From: Cetorhinus maximus
Taxonomy: Eukaryota
NCBI RefSeq assembly: GCF_964194155.1
Contig: NC_135903.1
Coordinates: forward strand, 7,936,001-8,000,000
Direction: 5' to 3'
DNA: 64,000 bases
In this document: one piece after another, positions 24,599 to 37,739 of the stretch
Numbering within the stretch: the first letter of the stretch is position 1
Layout: each line of letters begins with the position of its first letter
The notes under the pieces: generated by a model
Databases searched by the model: none
The model's input: the letters and a program-made list of their open reading frames with translations, nothing else
Told to the model about the DNA's origin: nothing
Position numbers and translations under genes: made by a program

Positions 24599-26139
24599 TG
24601 AGCTCTTTGAAACTGGTGAGTTGGAATGATGAGGATGTTGTAGTATGCAAGTGTGGCTTTAAATTGGTAAATTACCCAATGCCACTGACATATCCATTCT
24701 GTAAACAAGAATTCTCAAATACAGCAGCTGTTAAACAAATGGGTATTGTATTTATCAAATTATATTTTAACTTTCTTATGGCTTTTAACTTTCTTATGGC
24801 TTTCTGTCCAGTGAGTAATCCTGAATGTGCATTTTATTGAGATGTGTTAATTTTGATCTCTCCTTTTTCCATGTTTTCAATCTACTAAACCAAGCTGGTT
24901 AAAGAGTAACATGGAGGCAAGTTATTCCTTGATTGGTTCCCGAATGTGAAAGGCAGATGGTGTTGGGACCAAAGAAGCAAAATGGGCTGTGTTGGATTTG
25001 GAGAGTAGGTGGCAACTACTGACTGTGTGGGGTTGCTCTTAAGTAGCCAGTGAGATTAAACTAGATTACACAAGTGTTTGGTGTTGTAGCTGGATCGTAG
25101 GTTATGTTTGACAGTCTTGTCATTCAAATAGCCTGACATAAACTGAATCTATAGGAAACCAAGCTCAATTTTGGGCTACTTGTAACCCCATCTCCCTTCC
25201 GCATTAGGAAACTGACCCTGGTTTCTTATAGATTCACTTTATAATTTGCACTGGTGTGGGCATCACCCGTAGGTAGAATGAGAACTGGTATCTAACTAAT
25301 GAAACCAGTAACCTGCCTGTGGTTTGACATTTGAATTGTTTTCTCTCTAAAGACTAATAGGAATCTGCTTTGGACTCACTCGGGAAATTGGTGCAATTAC
25401 TTAGATCTTTTACTTTTTGTTCTCAGTAATTTCTTATTAACAGTGAAATTAATGTGGCATTGCAAATAATCCATTATATGGTGGCCTGATTTTACTTCAG
25501 TGTATACTGTATACATGGCTACAGGCTGTAATTGTTCAGGGCTCCTGTGGTATCCCATGATAATCATAAGTTGCATTGAAATCCAAGCACCATTGCTTTA
25601 AGGGGCGTAAATAAATGCAGTTTTTGGGTGGACTTCTGTGGAAATCATTTGCCGCATATTCAGCGAGTCCATGAGTTTTATATTGTGGTATCCTCCGATT
25701 CTAGTCCCTCTGTCGCAGTGTGGCTATGATTGTGCCTTCTGTCCCTACTGAATATAACCTCATTTCAATGGCCAAACACTGCTTTAGTGAGTAGCTTCTA
25801 TCTTCAATGATTTAACTGCACCACATCTTATGGATGAGATCCTTTGGAAATGTTTTTTTCTATTCATCTGTGTCTTCTGTTTGAGTGATGCAGAAACTTG
25901 TGCATATTTCATTTGTTACAGTCTTGAGAATCATTACAGTTGGGGAGGTAACAGTTTGGAAAATCAATGTTTTAAGGTTTGGAAGGTGATTGAGGTTCTA
26001 GCACCTCAAGCTTGAAATGGTGCTTGTGGTTAACATTTTCTATTCCAGTTGTCATGTACACAGATATCATGTCCCTGGTAATTTGCTGCCTTTCACAATT
26101 GGACAGTCTGTTCCTGGGATTTTCCTGATAATTGTGGTT

Positions 26140-26275
26140 CACCCTCCTAAAAGCACTTGCTTTGTCTGTACTCTGTGGCTTGGTGAGTTGTCAAGGATGG
26201 GGATAGTAACTCATTGCTTTTGGGTGAGATTGCAGCTGCTTATGTTGTAAATTCTCAATCAGTAGTGGAACAGTT
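26140..26275 (+). ncRNA. SNORA21: H/ACA box snoRNA SNORA21 (ACA21) family, copy in RPL23 intron 3
   Basis: taaaagcact 5' motif, H box ATAGTA (26203), tttgggtga..ctcaatc 3' pocket, ACA at 26270-26272. RPL23 is the known SNORA21 host gene. Confidence 0.85.
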
Positions 26276-26508
26276 CATTTAGGATATCTGATGATTCTTG
26301 AAGGAGAGGGGGCCCTGGATTTAACTGGTTTTACAAGGCTATCTTTAATGTGATGTTTGCTATGTACTTGCTGTTTAACCATATCTTAAAAGTTTCACTG
26401 ATCCAGTAACTTTTTCAGTGGATTAGTTGGCAACCAAATGAACACAATGATAAATTGCAATTAGCTCCCACAAGCTTCGTTTTGAATCTGGGATCTTCCA
26501 AATATTAA

Positions 26509-26682
<174 letters not shown>

Positions 26683-26917
26683 TGAAACATTACTGGTCAA
26701 TTACCCTAAATATGAAGCTGCTTTTAAAGCCAAGTAGCATGATGTTGCCTTCATTTTAACCTGACCTGAGGCAGAGAATGCAGAGGTAACCTGCTGAGGT
26801 GTCTGCTGAGAAGAGCAAAGCATATTGGTTTTTCAGTAGTATCTCCTGTGTTCATTCTGATTTTTAGCATTGCTCGGAGCTCCTAGCTGTTGTGTTATAC
26901 ATTGAATGATACACGGT

Positions 26918-27054
26918 TCCCTTTCTAAAAGCACTTACTTTGCCTGTTCTCCGTGGCTTAGCAAGATGTCGTGGAAGGGCAGAGTAATGCATTGCATTTG
27001 GGTGAGGTGGCAGCTGCCATGTGCTGTCCAATCTCAATCAGTGGTGTGACACTA
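26918..27054 (+). ncRNA. SNORA21: H/ACA box snoRNA SNORA21 family, copy in RPL23 intron 4
   Basis: ccctttctaaaagcact..gaaggg hairpin, H box AGAGTA (26981), tttgggtgaggtggca..ctcaatcagtggtgtg, ACA at 27049-27051. Confidence 0.87.
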
Positions 27055-27806
27055 GTGCAGACTTCTGAAACTCTTTCACTCTCCCTCAGCAGTGAGCCGA
27101 ACGCTCATTACGGATCCTTTTTTGCTCCACAGAACCAGAGTGAGACTGGATTTGGGAAAATTTGTCCATCATCACCTGTCTCAGCTGACTGGAAGTAGGG
27201 ATTAAACTTGGGTTTTCCTGGTTTATTCAGCTGCTGAGGATTAGTTTCAATATGAATTTTAAAAGGGCTAACCAAATATAAATCAAAGTCCCTAAACTGT
27301 TCACATTGTCTCACCTGTTACTCATTGAATTCCAATTTAAATAATTTTGCTCAGATTTTGAAATTTTTCAAGTTAAGTATCATACAATATGAGACCAGTT
27401 GGCTAATGGCTAGCGTGTGGTTCAGAATAATACCATCAATTCCCCTGTCGGCTGAGGTAGATTTGGGACCTGCCTCCTTGCCTGCCCCAGGCTTATTGCG
27501 GAGTGATGGCCCACAAGCTATATAACCAATTGTCTCGAAAAGAGACAGGTGCCTATGGTCCCTTTTGGACTAAGGTAGGTAGGTAATTAGCTAATCATCC
27601 AATACATGGAATGTTGAGCAGTGATTCTGAAATAGTACCAGACTGATATAAGGCAGAGTATTGCTTTGGACTTGTAAATGAGCTTGGGGTCTGATGTTGG
27701 GTCTCTATAAGTGGAGCAGAAATGATTGTGCCCTGTAACTTTAATCAACATTTGGACTGTGACACAATCTCTAATAATGCATCACTGAAACGCAAGTGTC
27801 ATTTGA

Positions 27807-27932
<126 letters not shown>

Positions 27933-27971
27933 CAATTGTAAAGGTTTCCTACAAAGATATCCGTGCAATTC

Positions 27972-27977
27972 AATAAA
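27972..27977 (+). terminator. RPL23 polyadenylation signal (second AATAAA at 28089-28094)
   Basis: AATAAA about 40 nt after the stop codon. Confidence 0.7.
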
Positions 27978-29254
27978 TATTTTTACTCCGAGCCACGAGC
28001 AGTCACTGATTTCTTTTGGCCATGTCCCTAATTTATCTGTAGCATGATCTGTAATCAAAATGCAGTTTTCCATCCCTGTGTTTGTGTAAATAAACGTTAA
28101 TATTTAACATGTTTTTCACTCAAGTCTTGCATTCAATAGCAGCAGTGTCTTTTCTATAGTTTAAATAATTGGGTGTATTCACTCCCTGATAAATCACACT
28201 AGCTCAGCAAGCTGTTAAATGGTAAACTATGGTATCAACTGAGTTAGAACATGTCCTGAATGAATTTTAAGGCAAAAACAATCTCCATGCTACGCAAGTT
28301 TATGACGATTGACAATCTAGCTTGAGAATTTTTTTTTTACATTCTCTTCCCAATTTTGTCACATCCAATAAATTTATACATCACGCATACTGCCATTGGT
28401 GGGAGCTTGCTGTGTACAAATTGGCTGCTGCATTTCCTAGATTACAACAGTGACTATACTTCAAGAGCACTTCGTTGGCTGTAAAGTGTTTTGGGGCATC
28501 AGGTGGTCATATAGGGTGTTATATTAATGCAAGGCTTCTCAATGATTCTGAATGGCAACTGGATTTGGGGAGAGGGAGGATTTGAACCCCAAGATTATGC
28601 AGATGGGGACCACTCAGCCTATGAAACATTTTGAAAAATAAAAGCTAAACAATTACTCTCATTCCCATGATCTTTTCCCCTTGGCCCAATTAAGAATACT
28701 TGTCTTAATGCTGACCAATTGCATCTCAAAAGTGTGTGCTTTGTGACGGATGGTTACAGAATTGGTGTGGTTGATGGTTGAAATTCTGCAGCTTATAGAA
28801 GGTTCTGCACTAGCTGGGGTAGCAATTGAGTTGACAGTTCACCTCTCTGCCCTTGTGATCAGGAGATGGAAAAAGATCACCCCAGGTCTAGTCCTTGATC
28901 ACTATCCACTGCTAGAAAGTATACATGTACAAAAGTGGAATAAGGGTAGGATTGGGCTTTGATGTTCTCCAGAGCTGAATGATATGCTGCCAACATAGCT
29001 AGTGGGATTTTCACTTAATTATTAACCCAATGTTGAATATTCAAAATCCTGATTATTTAAATAGCACTCCTTGAGTTGTAGGAATTAAAATACTTCGAAA
29101 TTTTGTGACAGTTCATGGTAGTTTAATGACAATGTAATTGAGAAATACAGCATCATACAATAATAGATGATCTTGTAGATCTAGTATTGACCCTGAGACT
29201 CCTTACAGTGTAAGCAAGCACAATGGACTGCATAAAATTGCTTTTCCAGCATTT

Positions 29255-29686
29255 TGGGACGTAGAGTACAAAAGCAATGAAGGTATAACCCTGTATAAAA
29301 CACTGGTTTGGCCTCAACAGGAGTATTGTGTGCAGTTCTGGGCACCATACTTAGATGTGATGCATTAGAGAGGGTGCAGAAAGATTAATGGGAATGGTTC
29401 CAAAAATGAGGAACTTCAGTTAGCTGAAAAGATTGGACAAATGGGTTGTTCTTGGAGAAGAGATATGTTGAAGAGTGCTCAAAATCATGAGGGGTCTGGA
29501 TAGAGTCCATAGGAAGAAATTTCTGATGTTGGAAGGATTGAGAACCAAAGGACAATGATTTAAAGTGACTGGCAAATGAAGGAAAATTGACATTTTTTCA
29601 GAATGCGAGGTTACGGTCTGGAATGTACTGTCGAGAGCGGTGGAGGCAGATTTAATTGAGGCCTTCAAAAAAATTGTATAAGCACC
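29255..29686 (+). mobile_element. CR1 fragment (resumes at 31605-31735)
   Basis: gagtattgtgtgcagttctgggcaccatac CR1 motif; 3' end resumes after the LTR-like insertion. Confidence 0.75.
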
Positions 29687-31604
29687 TGTCATGATTTTAG
29701 ACTAGACCCCCAAACTTTCTATTGAAGGGTCATGAGGACTCAAAACGTCAACTGTACTCTTCTCTGCCGATGCTGCCAGACCTGCTGCGTTTTTCCAGGT
29801 ATTTTTTGTTTTTTGTTTTGGATTTCCAGCATCTGCAGTTTTTTGTTTTTATCTCTATTATTATTTTGGTACGGTCTGTTTAGAGACCAATGACATCACT
29901 CCACTGCACCCAGTTAGACACTGCCAGCAAAACTGTCAAGAGTGGCTACTGCACACAGGGACACGACTGACGTCCACATTGACCAATGGCAAGGTCATAC
30001 GTCAGTTTGAGGAGGTGGGGTGATGTGTGTAAGCCAATCAGAGTTGTGGCCGTGGGACTGAATGAATTGTGTGGTTGTAGCAGCTAGCCTACTGAATAAG
30101 GACAACATTGTTACCAACTGAGGCCCAGAGTGAGATCGTGAGTGGGTTAAAGTACCAAATCGGACCGGCCCAGGATGACAGCCCGCTGCATCCTTCAGTG
30201 GCCTCCGTTGGTTTGGAGAAGTATGGAGCAAACGTTATTGGGTGTAATGTGAGTTTTTACTGGTTTGGAGATGGAGTCTTGCCTGGTTTCTTAGAGCGTT
30301 TGCTTAAAATATCTTCATGGGAAAATGTCTTTAATAACTGATAAGGATCTCTGCGCCTGGTTGCTGCCTACTCCATCGCTTGCAATGATATAACAGAGTA
30401 AAACACAAGAACTGCCCACGCATGGTGTTGGCAACAGACAGCCTTAATTTAAAGTAGACAAAGTTTGAGATTCAGGACAATTGCTAAGAGAATAAAGCCA
30501 CAAGATTCTATGAGTTTTGAATAAACAAGGTCAAAAGATAAAATAGTTTACAATATCTATCTTATTCAGGGTTAAAATGAGGCACATGTGAACTAACAGG
30601 CAAACATGCCATACTGTACAATAAATAGTAAACGCAATAAAGACAGATCCCAAGGATTTCTCAGCAACCCACCCAGACATCAGTAAACACTGCGTCAACT
30701 ATTGAAACTCTTTTCTCCCTTACGAGGGACTCCAAACTTTTCACTTTCAAAGAACAAGTCTCTGAATTCCCTCAAAAGCCATTCTGATTTGGACTGCCTC
30801 AATGACTGCACACCTAGGGTTTCAATCTTGTCTCCCGAGACTCCATTCCCCTGGATTTCTGAGTCTGCACTCCACCTCTATCCGCTGGCACAATTTCAGC
30901 TCTTTAATAGCTGACCAGGTTCTCTGGGCTGGCACTGCCCCTAGATTTTACCCAAGCTCCAATTCCCCCAGCTGCACCAAGCTACAAATGGCTCTCAGGG
31001 TTTTTTTGAGAGCCATAACCCTTTCCAGCACAGAGTCAGTGACCTGCCACCTTCTTAGCTCCCCAAGACTTCTCCTGAGCGTTATTGAACGGCTCCTGGG
31101 ACTTCTCCTGAGCCCCAGCCACACAGAGCCAGCTGACAGCAACAAGTTGGCTGCCTGGAGTCCACTAACAGCAGCACCTTTTTCAGTATGGCCTTTTCCA
31201 CTGTTGCAGAACTCTCACTCACCCTGCAAACACACATATAAATTGAAACCCTAGAACTTTATTAAGCTCTACCCATCTCCATGACAACGTAGTCTTCCAG
31301 GGCTCACTGAATGCTTTTTAAACTAATTGTAGCCCTAACTCCCAAAACAACGCTCTGGTCTGCATTTCTTTGCAAGCAGCATAGACACCTCATCTCCAAT
31401 TCTCCAGCCAAGTAAACCCACCTGCTGTTTTTATGATCTTATTTTTCGAGCTGTTAACCTGTTAAGTCGACATGGTTCCACCCTTTTGAATGTAACAGTG
31501 CTCAAACTGCTTTAATTTCATTTGTCTACAGTTAAGCTTTAATCTTCCCAGAGCTAAACATTATCTCTAAAATATTAACAAACTATGAACAAGGTATTTA
31601 TACA
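29687..31604. mobile_element. Solo-LTR-like element with nested Penelope terminal fragment (about 29720-29860)
   Basis: TG..CA ends (tgtcatga / tttataca); flanks cacc/tgcc are compatible with a CGCC TSD; splits a CR1. Confidence 0.62.
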
Positions 31605-33810
31605 TGCCTGAAGATAAAAAAGTGCAGTGCTACAGGGAAAAGGGGGAGTGGGACCAGGTGAGTAGTTCTTGCAGAGAGCTAGCACAGACGTAACAGGCCA
31701 AATGGACTCCTGTGCTGTAATCATTCCATGATTTTCTGGTAGTGATGATAATGAAACTGTCAGTGTTTGATGCCATCATTACTCCTCTGAAACTGACAGC
31801 ACCTTCTGGGGTCTGCACATGCACAGTTAAATAGGGAAATCCAAAAGTTATCAGTGATTCTACACTTCCTCATGGGGTACACAGTTGAAGTCCCCCTGAC
31901 AGTAATCAGGTAGGAATGACTAAACTCATGAGAATTTTCCTTTTATACTGTTCATCTCACCATAAAATGTTACATGTCGTTGAATGAGGTGCAACTGGGT
32001 TTTCAATAGTAAATTACGTTCATATTTACTGTTGAAAAACCTCTGCTGGAAAACAACTATTTCTCATTTAGATAAATTTCACATTTAAAAAATATATATA
32101 GGTTGTTTATATTTCAGCTACTGCTTTTATCCTATGTCCCAATAATTTATTTTGCTCTAAATTTTTAATTAAAATTGAAAGGATTCAGTACATTTTACTT
32201 ACTGGTTTGCTATGTGTGAGATTACTCCAATGTGATCCACACCATGTGGGCTAGATCCAGGACATTATGTGGTTTAGAAGAAGTCTCCTGGATGATCACC
32301 TCCACCCACAAAACTGACCATGACCCCAAGTATTCTCCAATTGCAGTTTCGGGCTGGGACTGTTGGGGTGGGTGGTGGGGAAGCTAAGCATTAAAATTTC
32401 ATGTGTAGGTAGAAACAAAAGCAATATTCCTGATATTTTTCTTGCAATTTTTAAGTTTTATTTATCTTCACTGAAAGCTGATCTATATTTTCTGTTTAGT
32501 TGAATTTGTATGACTTAAGTGCACATCACATTCAAAACTGGATAGCTTCCCCAATTGCAGGTTCTTAAACAAGTTATGTCTGATGTCCACGAATGATGTA
32601 AAACTTGCATTTTAAGATTTTTATGGATAATTTGCTTTTCTTTTGGTAGAGAGAAAAGATGATCGAATCATTCAAGGACATCTGCTGATTTTTTTGTTGA
32701 CTTCAGATCCAGAGACCAATATCTTAAGAATTAGAAAAATATACCGGTGTGTGGTATGGTGTGACATCCCCAACACACTTCACACCAATAAAGTATTTTT
32801 GTCACCATTAACTCTTGTTCTACTATCTTTTTTTAAATTCGTTCATGGGATGTGGGTGTTGCAGGTAAGGCTAGCAATTGTTGCCCATCCCTAATTGCCC
32901 TTGGGAAGTTGGTGAGCTGCCTTCTTGAACTGCTGCAGTCCACCTGGTTCATCCTGTTGGGTCAAAATCCAGGAACTCCCTCCCTAACAGCACTGTGGAT
33001 GTACCAACAGCACTGTGGATGTACCTACACCACATGGACCACAGCGGTTCAAGAAGGCAGCTCACCACCACCTTCTCAAGAACAGTTAGGGATGGGCAAC
33101 AAGTGCCTTTGGCAACGACGCCTACACCCCATGAACGAATATAAGAAAGTACATCCAGGGTGCTGTTAGAAAGGGAGTTTCGGGATTTTAATCCGGCCAC
33201 AGTAGTGAAGGAACGTCAGAATGATGTGTGGCTTGGAGAAGAATTTGCTTTATACAGTACAGTAAATTGCCTATGAACAACACTTTGTACCGAGGGCCGG
33301 CCACTGAGGTGAGACAAAAACGACCATTCTAAAAATGCATAATATTGATCACTTCCCGCTTCCACCATATTGTTACCAGTCGCCAGTTGACCCCTACGCC
33401 TCTAACTCTGGGTGCTGCCAATCTTTTTCTGTTGCCGTAGACCTACCTGTGTTGATGGAAAAGTACTTAGTAAGATTTCCCTCCATAGTCTTCCAACAGG
33501 GAGGTTTCACAGTAGGTGCACAATAAATACAATTGATGGTCACACTAAATCAGTAAATCACAGTGGAGACCGTGAATCTTAAAACAATGCAAACTAATGG
33601 TAGCTTCAGTGTTATGGATAGATGTTCAGTTCAAAACTGCGGTTGTATTTCATTTACACCGAGATTGCCGGTTGAAATAACGCCAGTTGCATATTAAGCG
33701 TTATATTTAATGGAAACGTAACAGTGAGCCCTGTGACATTAATAGCTAGGCTTGGGATGGTTATATCTGGTTTGCAGGATTGGGTTCATATCTGAACCAG
33801 TGCTATAACC

Positions 33811-34044
33811 ATGAGCAATATTTCCTGTCCTCCTGAGGCCTGTTGCCTAGATTATGACTACTTCAAAAGAGAAAGAGGTTTCATCTTGGATGGTGTGGCC
33901 GTCGACTCCAACGCCAAGGGATACGGCAAAGTCAATCCCAAACTGTGCGATGTTATTCCGCCTTACAACGCCCAAGCTGATCCTCAGACTAAGCTCAACT
34001 TTCATAGCAGGGAAATGAAAAAGCTTCTCAAGAGGACCAACCAG
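33811..34044 (+). CDS. SPMAP1: C17orf98 / sperm microtubule associated protein 1 ortholog, exon 1
   Basis: ERGFILDGVAV..PKL..IPPYNAQ.D..LLKRTNQ matches human C17orf98; CAG|gtacct. Join 33811-34044, 37640-37739, 41899-42056 = 492 nt, 163 aa. Confidence 0.9.
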
Positions 34045-34384
34045 GTACCTCCGGGTTTGCACTTTGTAACGATCGTGCTGCTTGGACGTGATGTCCGTTC
34101 ACCCACCTGGCGAGTAAAACCGATTTATGGCCAGTTGACTACACAGTGAAAATACAACCCAATGAGAGGCACCACACCTCCCATAGCTGGTGATGTGGAA
34201 GTTTTTCATAATAAGTGTCCAGTCAGAGACCACATTGTTGTCATTTTCTTAACCTATTGTTGATTGTTTTATTTGGCTTCATTGCTTATTATTGAGAAAA
34301 AGAAATATCTAATCAACGGAGAGAGATTTTTCTGTAGGAGCAGCTACAGAATCGTAATGCCTCATGATTTAGGCATGATAACAA

Positions 34385-34920
34385 TTTTGGTCCCCTTAAC
34401 TAAGGAAAGATACACTGGCATTGGAGGCAGTCCAGAGAAGGTTCACTAGGTTGATCCCAGGTAAGGAGGGATTTTCTTATGAGGAGAGGTTGAGTAGGTT
34501 GGGCCTGTACTCAATGGAGTTTAGAAGAGTGAGATGCGACCTTATTGAAACATTTAAGATTCTTAGGGGGCTTGACTGGATAGATGCTGAGAGGTTGTTT
34601 CCCCTTGTGGGTGAGCCTAGGACCAGAGGGCATAATCTCATAGTAAGGGGTCACCCATTTAAGACAGAGATGAGGAGGAATTTCTTTTCTCAGAGGGTAG
34701 TCAATCTGTGGAATTCTTTATCGCAGAGAGCTGTAGAGGCTGGGTCATTAAGTATATTCAAGGCTGAGATAGACAGATTTTTAATCAGTAAGGGAATCAA
34801 GGGGTATGGGGAAAAGGAAAGTGGAGTTGAGGATTATCAGGTCAGCCTTGATCTCATTGAATGGTGAAGCAGACTCAATGGGCCGAATGGCCTACTTCTG
34901 CTCCTACGTCTTATGGTCTT
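34385..34920 (+). mobile_element. CR1 LINE 3' fragment
   Basis: ORF 34421-34867 EAVQRRFTRLIPG..TRGHNL..FFSQRVVNLWNSL. Confidence 0.9.
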
Positions 34921-37639
34921 ATTAGAATGTATTTACATTTAACCTTATATGAGGAGCATGGATAAAGTGGATAGGAAGGACATATTTCCATGAGCAGATG
35001 TCAATAACCAGCTGGGAAAGACTTAATATAATTGGTAGAAAGATTAAAAGAAAGAAGAAAGAAAGGCTTGCATTTATATAGTGCCACTGGATTTCTCAAA
35101 GAACTTTACAGCTAATGAAATAATTTTTGAAGTGCAGTCATTATGTACAAAACGCAGCTGCTAATTTGCTCTCAGCAAACTCCCACAAACAGTAATGTGA
35201 TAAGACTTTTTGTGATGTTAATTGAGGGATAAATGTTGGCCAGGACACCAGGGATAACTCCCCTGCTCTTCCTAGAAATAGTGATTAGAGTGGAGTTGAA
35301 TAATTTTTCACCCAAAGAGAGGGTGATGGATCTGGAACTCACTGCCCGAAAGGGTGGTATCCAAAAAATAATTATTTCATTTTTAAAAAAACTTGGATAT
35401 TCGCTTGAGGTGAATCCAATTAATCTGCAGGACTAGGGACCAAGAGCTGGAAGATGGGATTAGACTGGATAGTTCTTTTTCAGTTGGCATGGATATGATG
35501 GGCTGAATGGCCTCATTCTGTGTTATGAATCTTTCTATGTTTCTGTTTGGCTTTCTTACTTCTGCCCTTGTCTCTGTTGCCCCTGTTGTCTGGTTGCTGT
35601 TTATTTTTTTGCTTTGTGTTTAAGATGGCTTTCTGCTGTTTTTTTGATTGTTTGTTTCTGTTTTTTTCTCTTGGTTTCCCTGTCTTTTCCTTTTTCTCTT
35701 GGTTAGTTTGTACTCAATTAGAACCCACTGCACCAAGCCTCATGTGTCTTTTTTTTCTCTCCTAAGGGTATGATTGTACAGCAATGGTCTTGTTCTGATG
35801 ATTAATCAAATGGCCATCAACAGTGTGGGTTCGATTCTGGTACCGGCTGAGGTAGACTTGGGAGCTGTCTCCCCGCCCTGCCCCTGAGAGTGGAAGGCAA
35901 AGGCAAATGACCAATGACAAAAAAAAACTGCCAATAAAATGGTTTAGGATGAAGCATCAGCAGACAATGAGCCAAAGACCTGCCTTTGGGCAGAGTGTGC
36001 ATAGTATACCATACCATTATTGATGGATGAGCCAAGAGAATATGTAGCCTATAAAGCAGTTGGGGAGGGGTATCGCAGTCAAGGCCAAATATCCATTTTT
36101 TAAAATTAATCAATAACAAGCCGTTGGAGACACTGACAAAAGCAGCCCATCCCTAAACAACTGAGTGACTCGCTAGGCTGGTTCCGAGGACAGTTAAGAG
36201 TGAAACACATTGCTGTGGGTCTGGAGTCACATATAGGCCAGCAAGTGAGGACAATAGATTTCCTTTCCTAAAGGACATTAGTAAATCAGATGGATTTTTG
36301 CAACAATCCCAGCTGTTCCATGGTCACCATTATTGATCCTAGCTTTTTATTCCAGATGTATTTAATTCACCAAATTTAAAATTTAAAATTCCCAGTTGTC
36401 ATTTCGGGATTTGAACTCTCATGCCTGATTTTAACTCCATGCAATTGGATGGATTTTGAATGAGTTTGCATCTGGCCTCATGTCTCTGAATTAGTCCAGG
36501 CCGTTGGATTACTAGTCTTGTAATATAACCATCATGCTCCTCACATTATGTCCACACATACACGTTTCAAGCTTGGTTTGTTGGGTAGATTCCTGGCTGA
36601 TTTTCACCCTTCTTAATTCATGATGTTGAAGCTTATTTTAACATCCCTTGTCACCAGCCTCAGGACAAGCCAGGAAGAAAACTGTGAGTTGTCTATGCTG
36701 TGTGACTCAGCTGTTCAATTTCTGTAGCCTCTGAGCCAATGAACAAACTTGGCTTCAGATTTTCTCACAGAATCTCAGCAGTCAATTTAATCATTTTCCT
36801 TTATTTCTATTAAATGCATTTGAAATGCTATCAAATGGAACAGGTCAGGCTCACTGTAAATGGGACCCTTCCAGTCAGCAGGGAGAGTTCATCTCATGTC
36901 TGTGGAATAGATTCAAATGCAGTGTACCGACCATACCCCATCATCTTTGCTCTGTAAATGTTTCTCGATTGCATATGGTTTATGCTGAGGTGAAAATACC
37001 ATTGAACACACAATTGCAACTACTTCATGGTGGAATAAAAACATGAATGTGAGAGCTCAGTTTTGCTTCTGACCCCAGCATCAAGTTGCAATTAAACATA
37101 TTAGGGTGAATATTAAAAACTTCCTCAACGATTTAGATGTTCAGTCTACTTCCTTATATGAAACTGAGCCATGCACACCAAGTAGCTCTCAGGTTTGATT
37201 CGTAGCCTGTGCTGTGTTTGTTGACCTGAGGAGGGGATGGTATTAAGGATGGGCAGATTAAGAAAAATGTCAATATTGTTTTCCATTCCTGATCACTGTA
37301 CAGTGGAAAGCATGTGTGTCTGGTCTTAGGGTGAAGATAGAATCAGCCTCAGTTTGGATTCACCTAAAGGACAGAGCCAATTAATGCTCATTCTTAGGGC
37401 ACTGGATAAAAAATGCTCACTTGAACAGGAAACAGAAGGGAAAGTAACACCTCTGGAACATTACCCAACATTGTTAGGAGACAATGGGGAGATGGAGGTG
37501 GTGTGGACTTGAAATTGGGGGCAGGGGGAAGGGAAGATGAAGAATAAAAAAAAGTTAAAGTTAGAAGAGACACAGCAGGCTATTTACTTTACTATTTCAA
37601 CTCATTAAGTCAATTTGACCAGTAAATAATCTTTGTTAG

Positions 37640-37739
37640 GATCATGGTGGGACATCAAGCAGTGGCTGGCTTGTGGACTATTTTTATAAATATGGACCAG
37701 CTCAAAGATACCTCACCAAGAGAAATGTATATGGAGCAG
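37640..37739 (+). CDS. SPMAP1: C17orf98/SPMAP1 exon 2
   Basis: gttag|GAT; DHGGTSSSGWLVDYFYKYGPAQRYLTKRNVYGA; G|gtacgt. Confidence 0.9.

Noticed and set aside
24765-24803. 18-bp tandem duplication in RPL23 intron 3 (similar 20-bp duplication near 32986)
   Set aside because: Ordinary slippage duplication with no sign of function.
34045-34149. C-terminal part of the 112-aa ORF at 33811
   Set aside because: Intron read-through past the CAG|GT donor; homology continues in the downstream exons.
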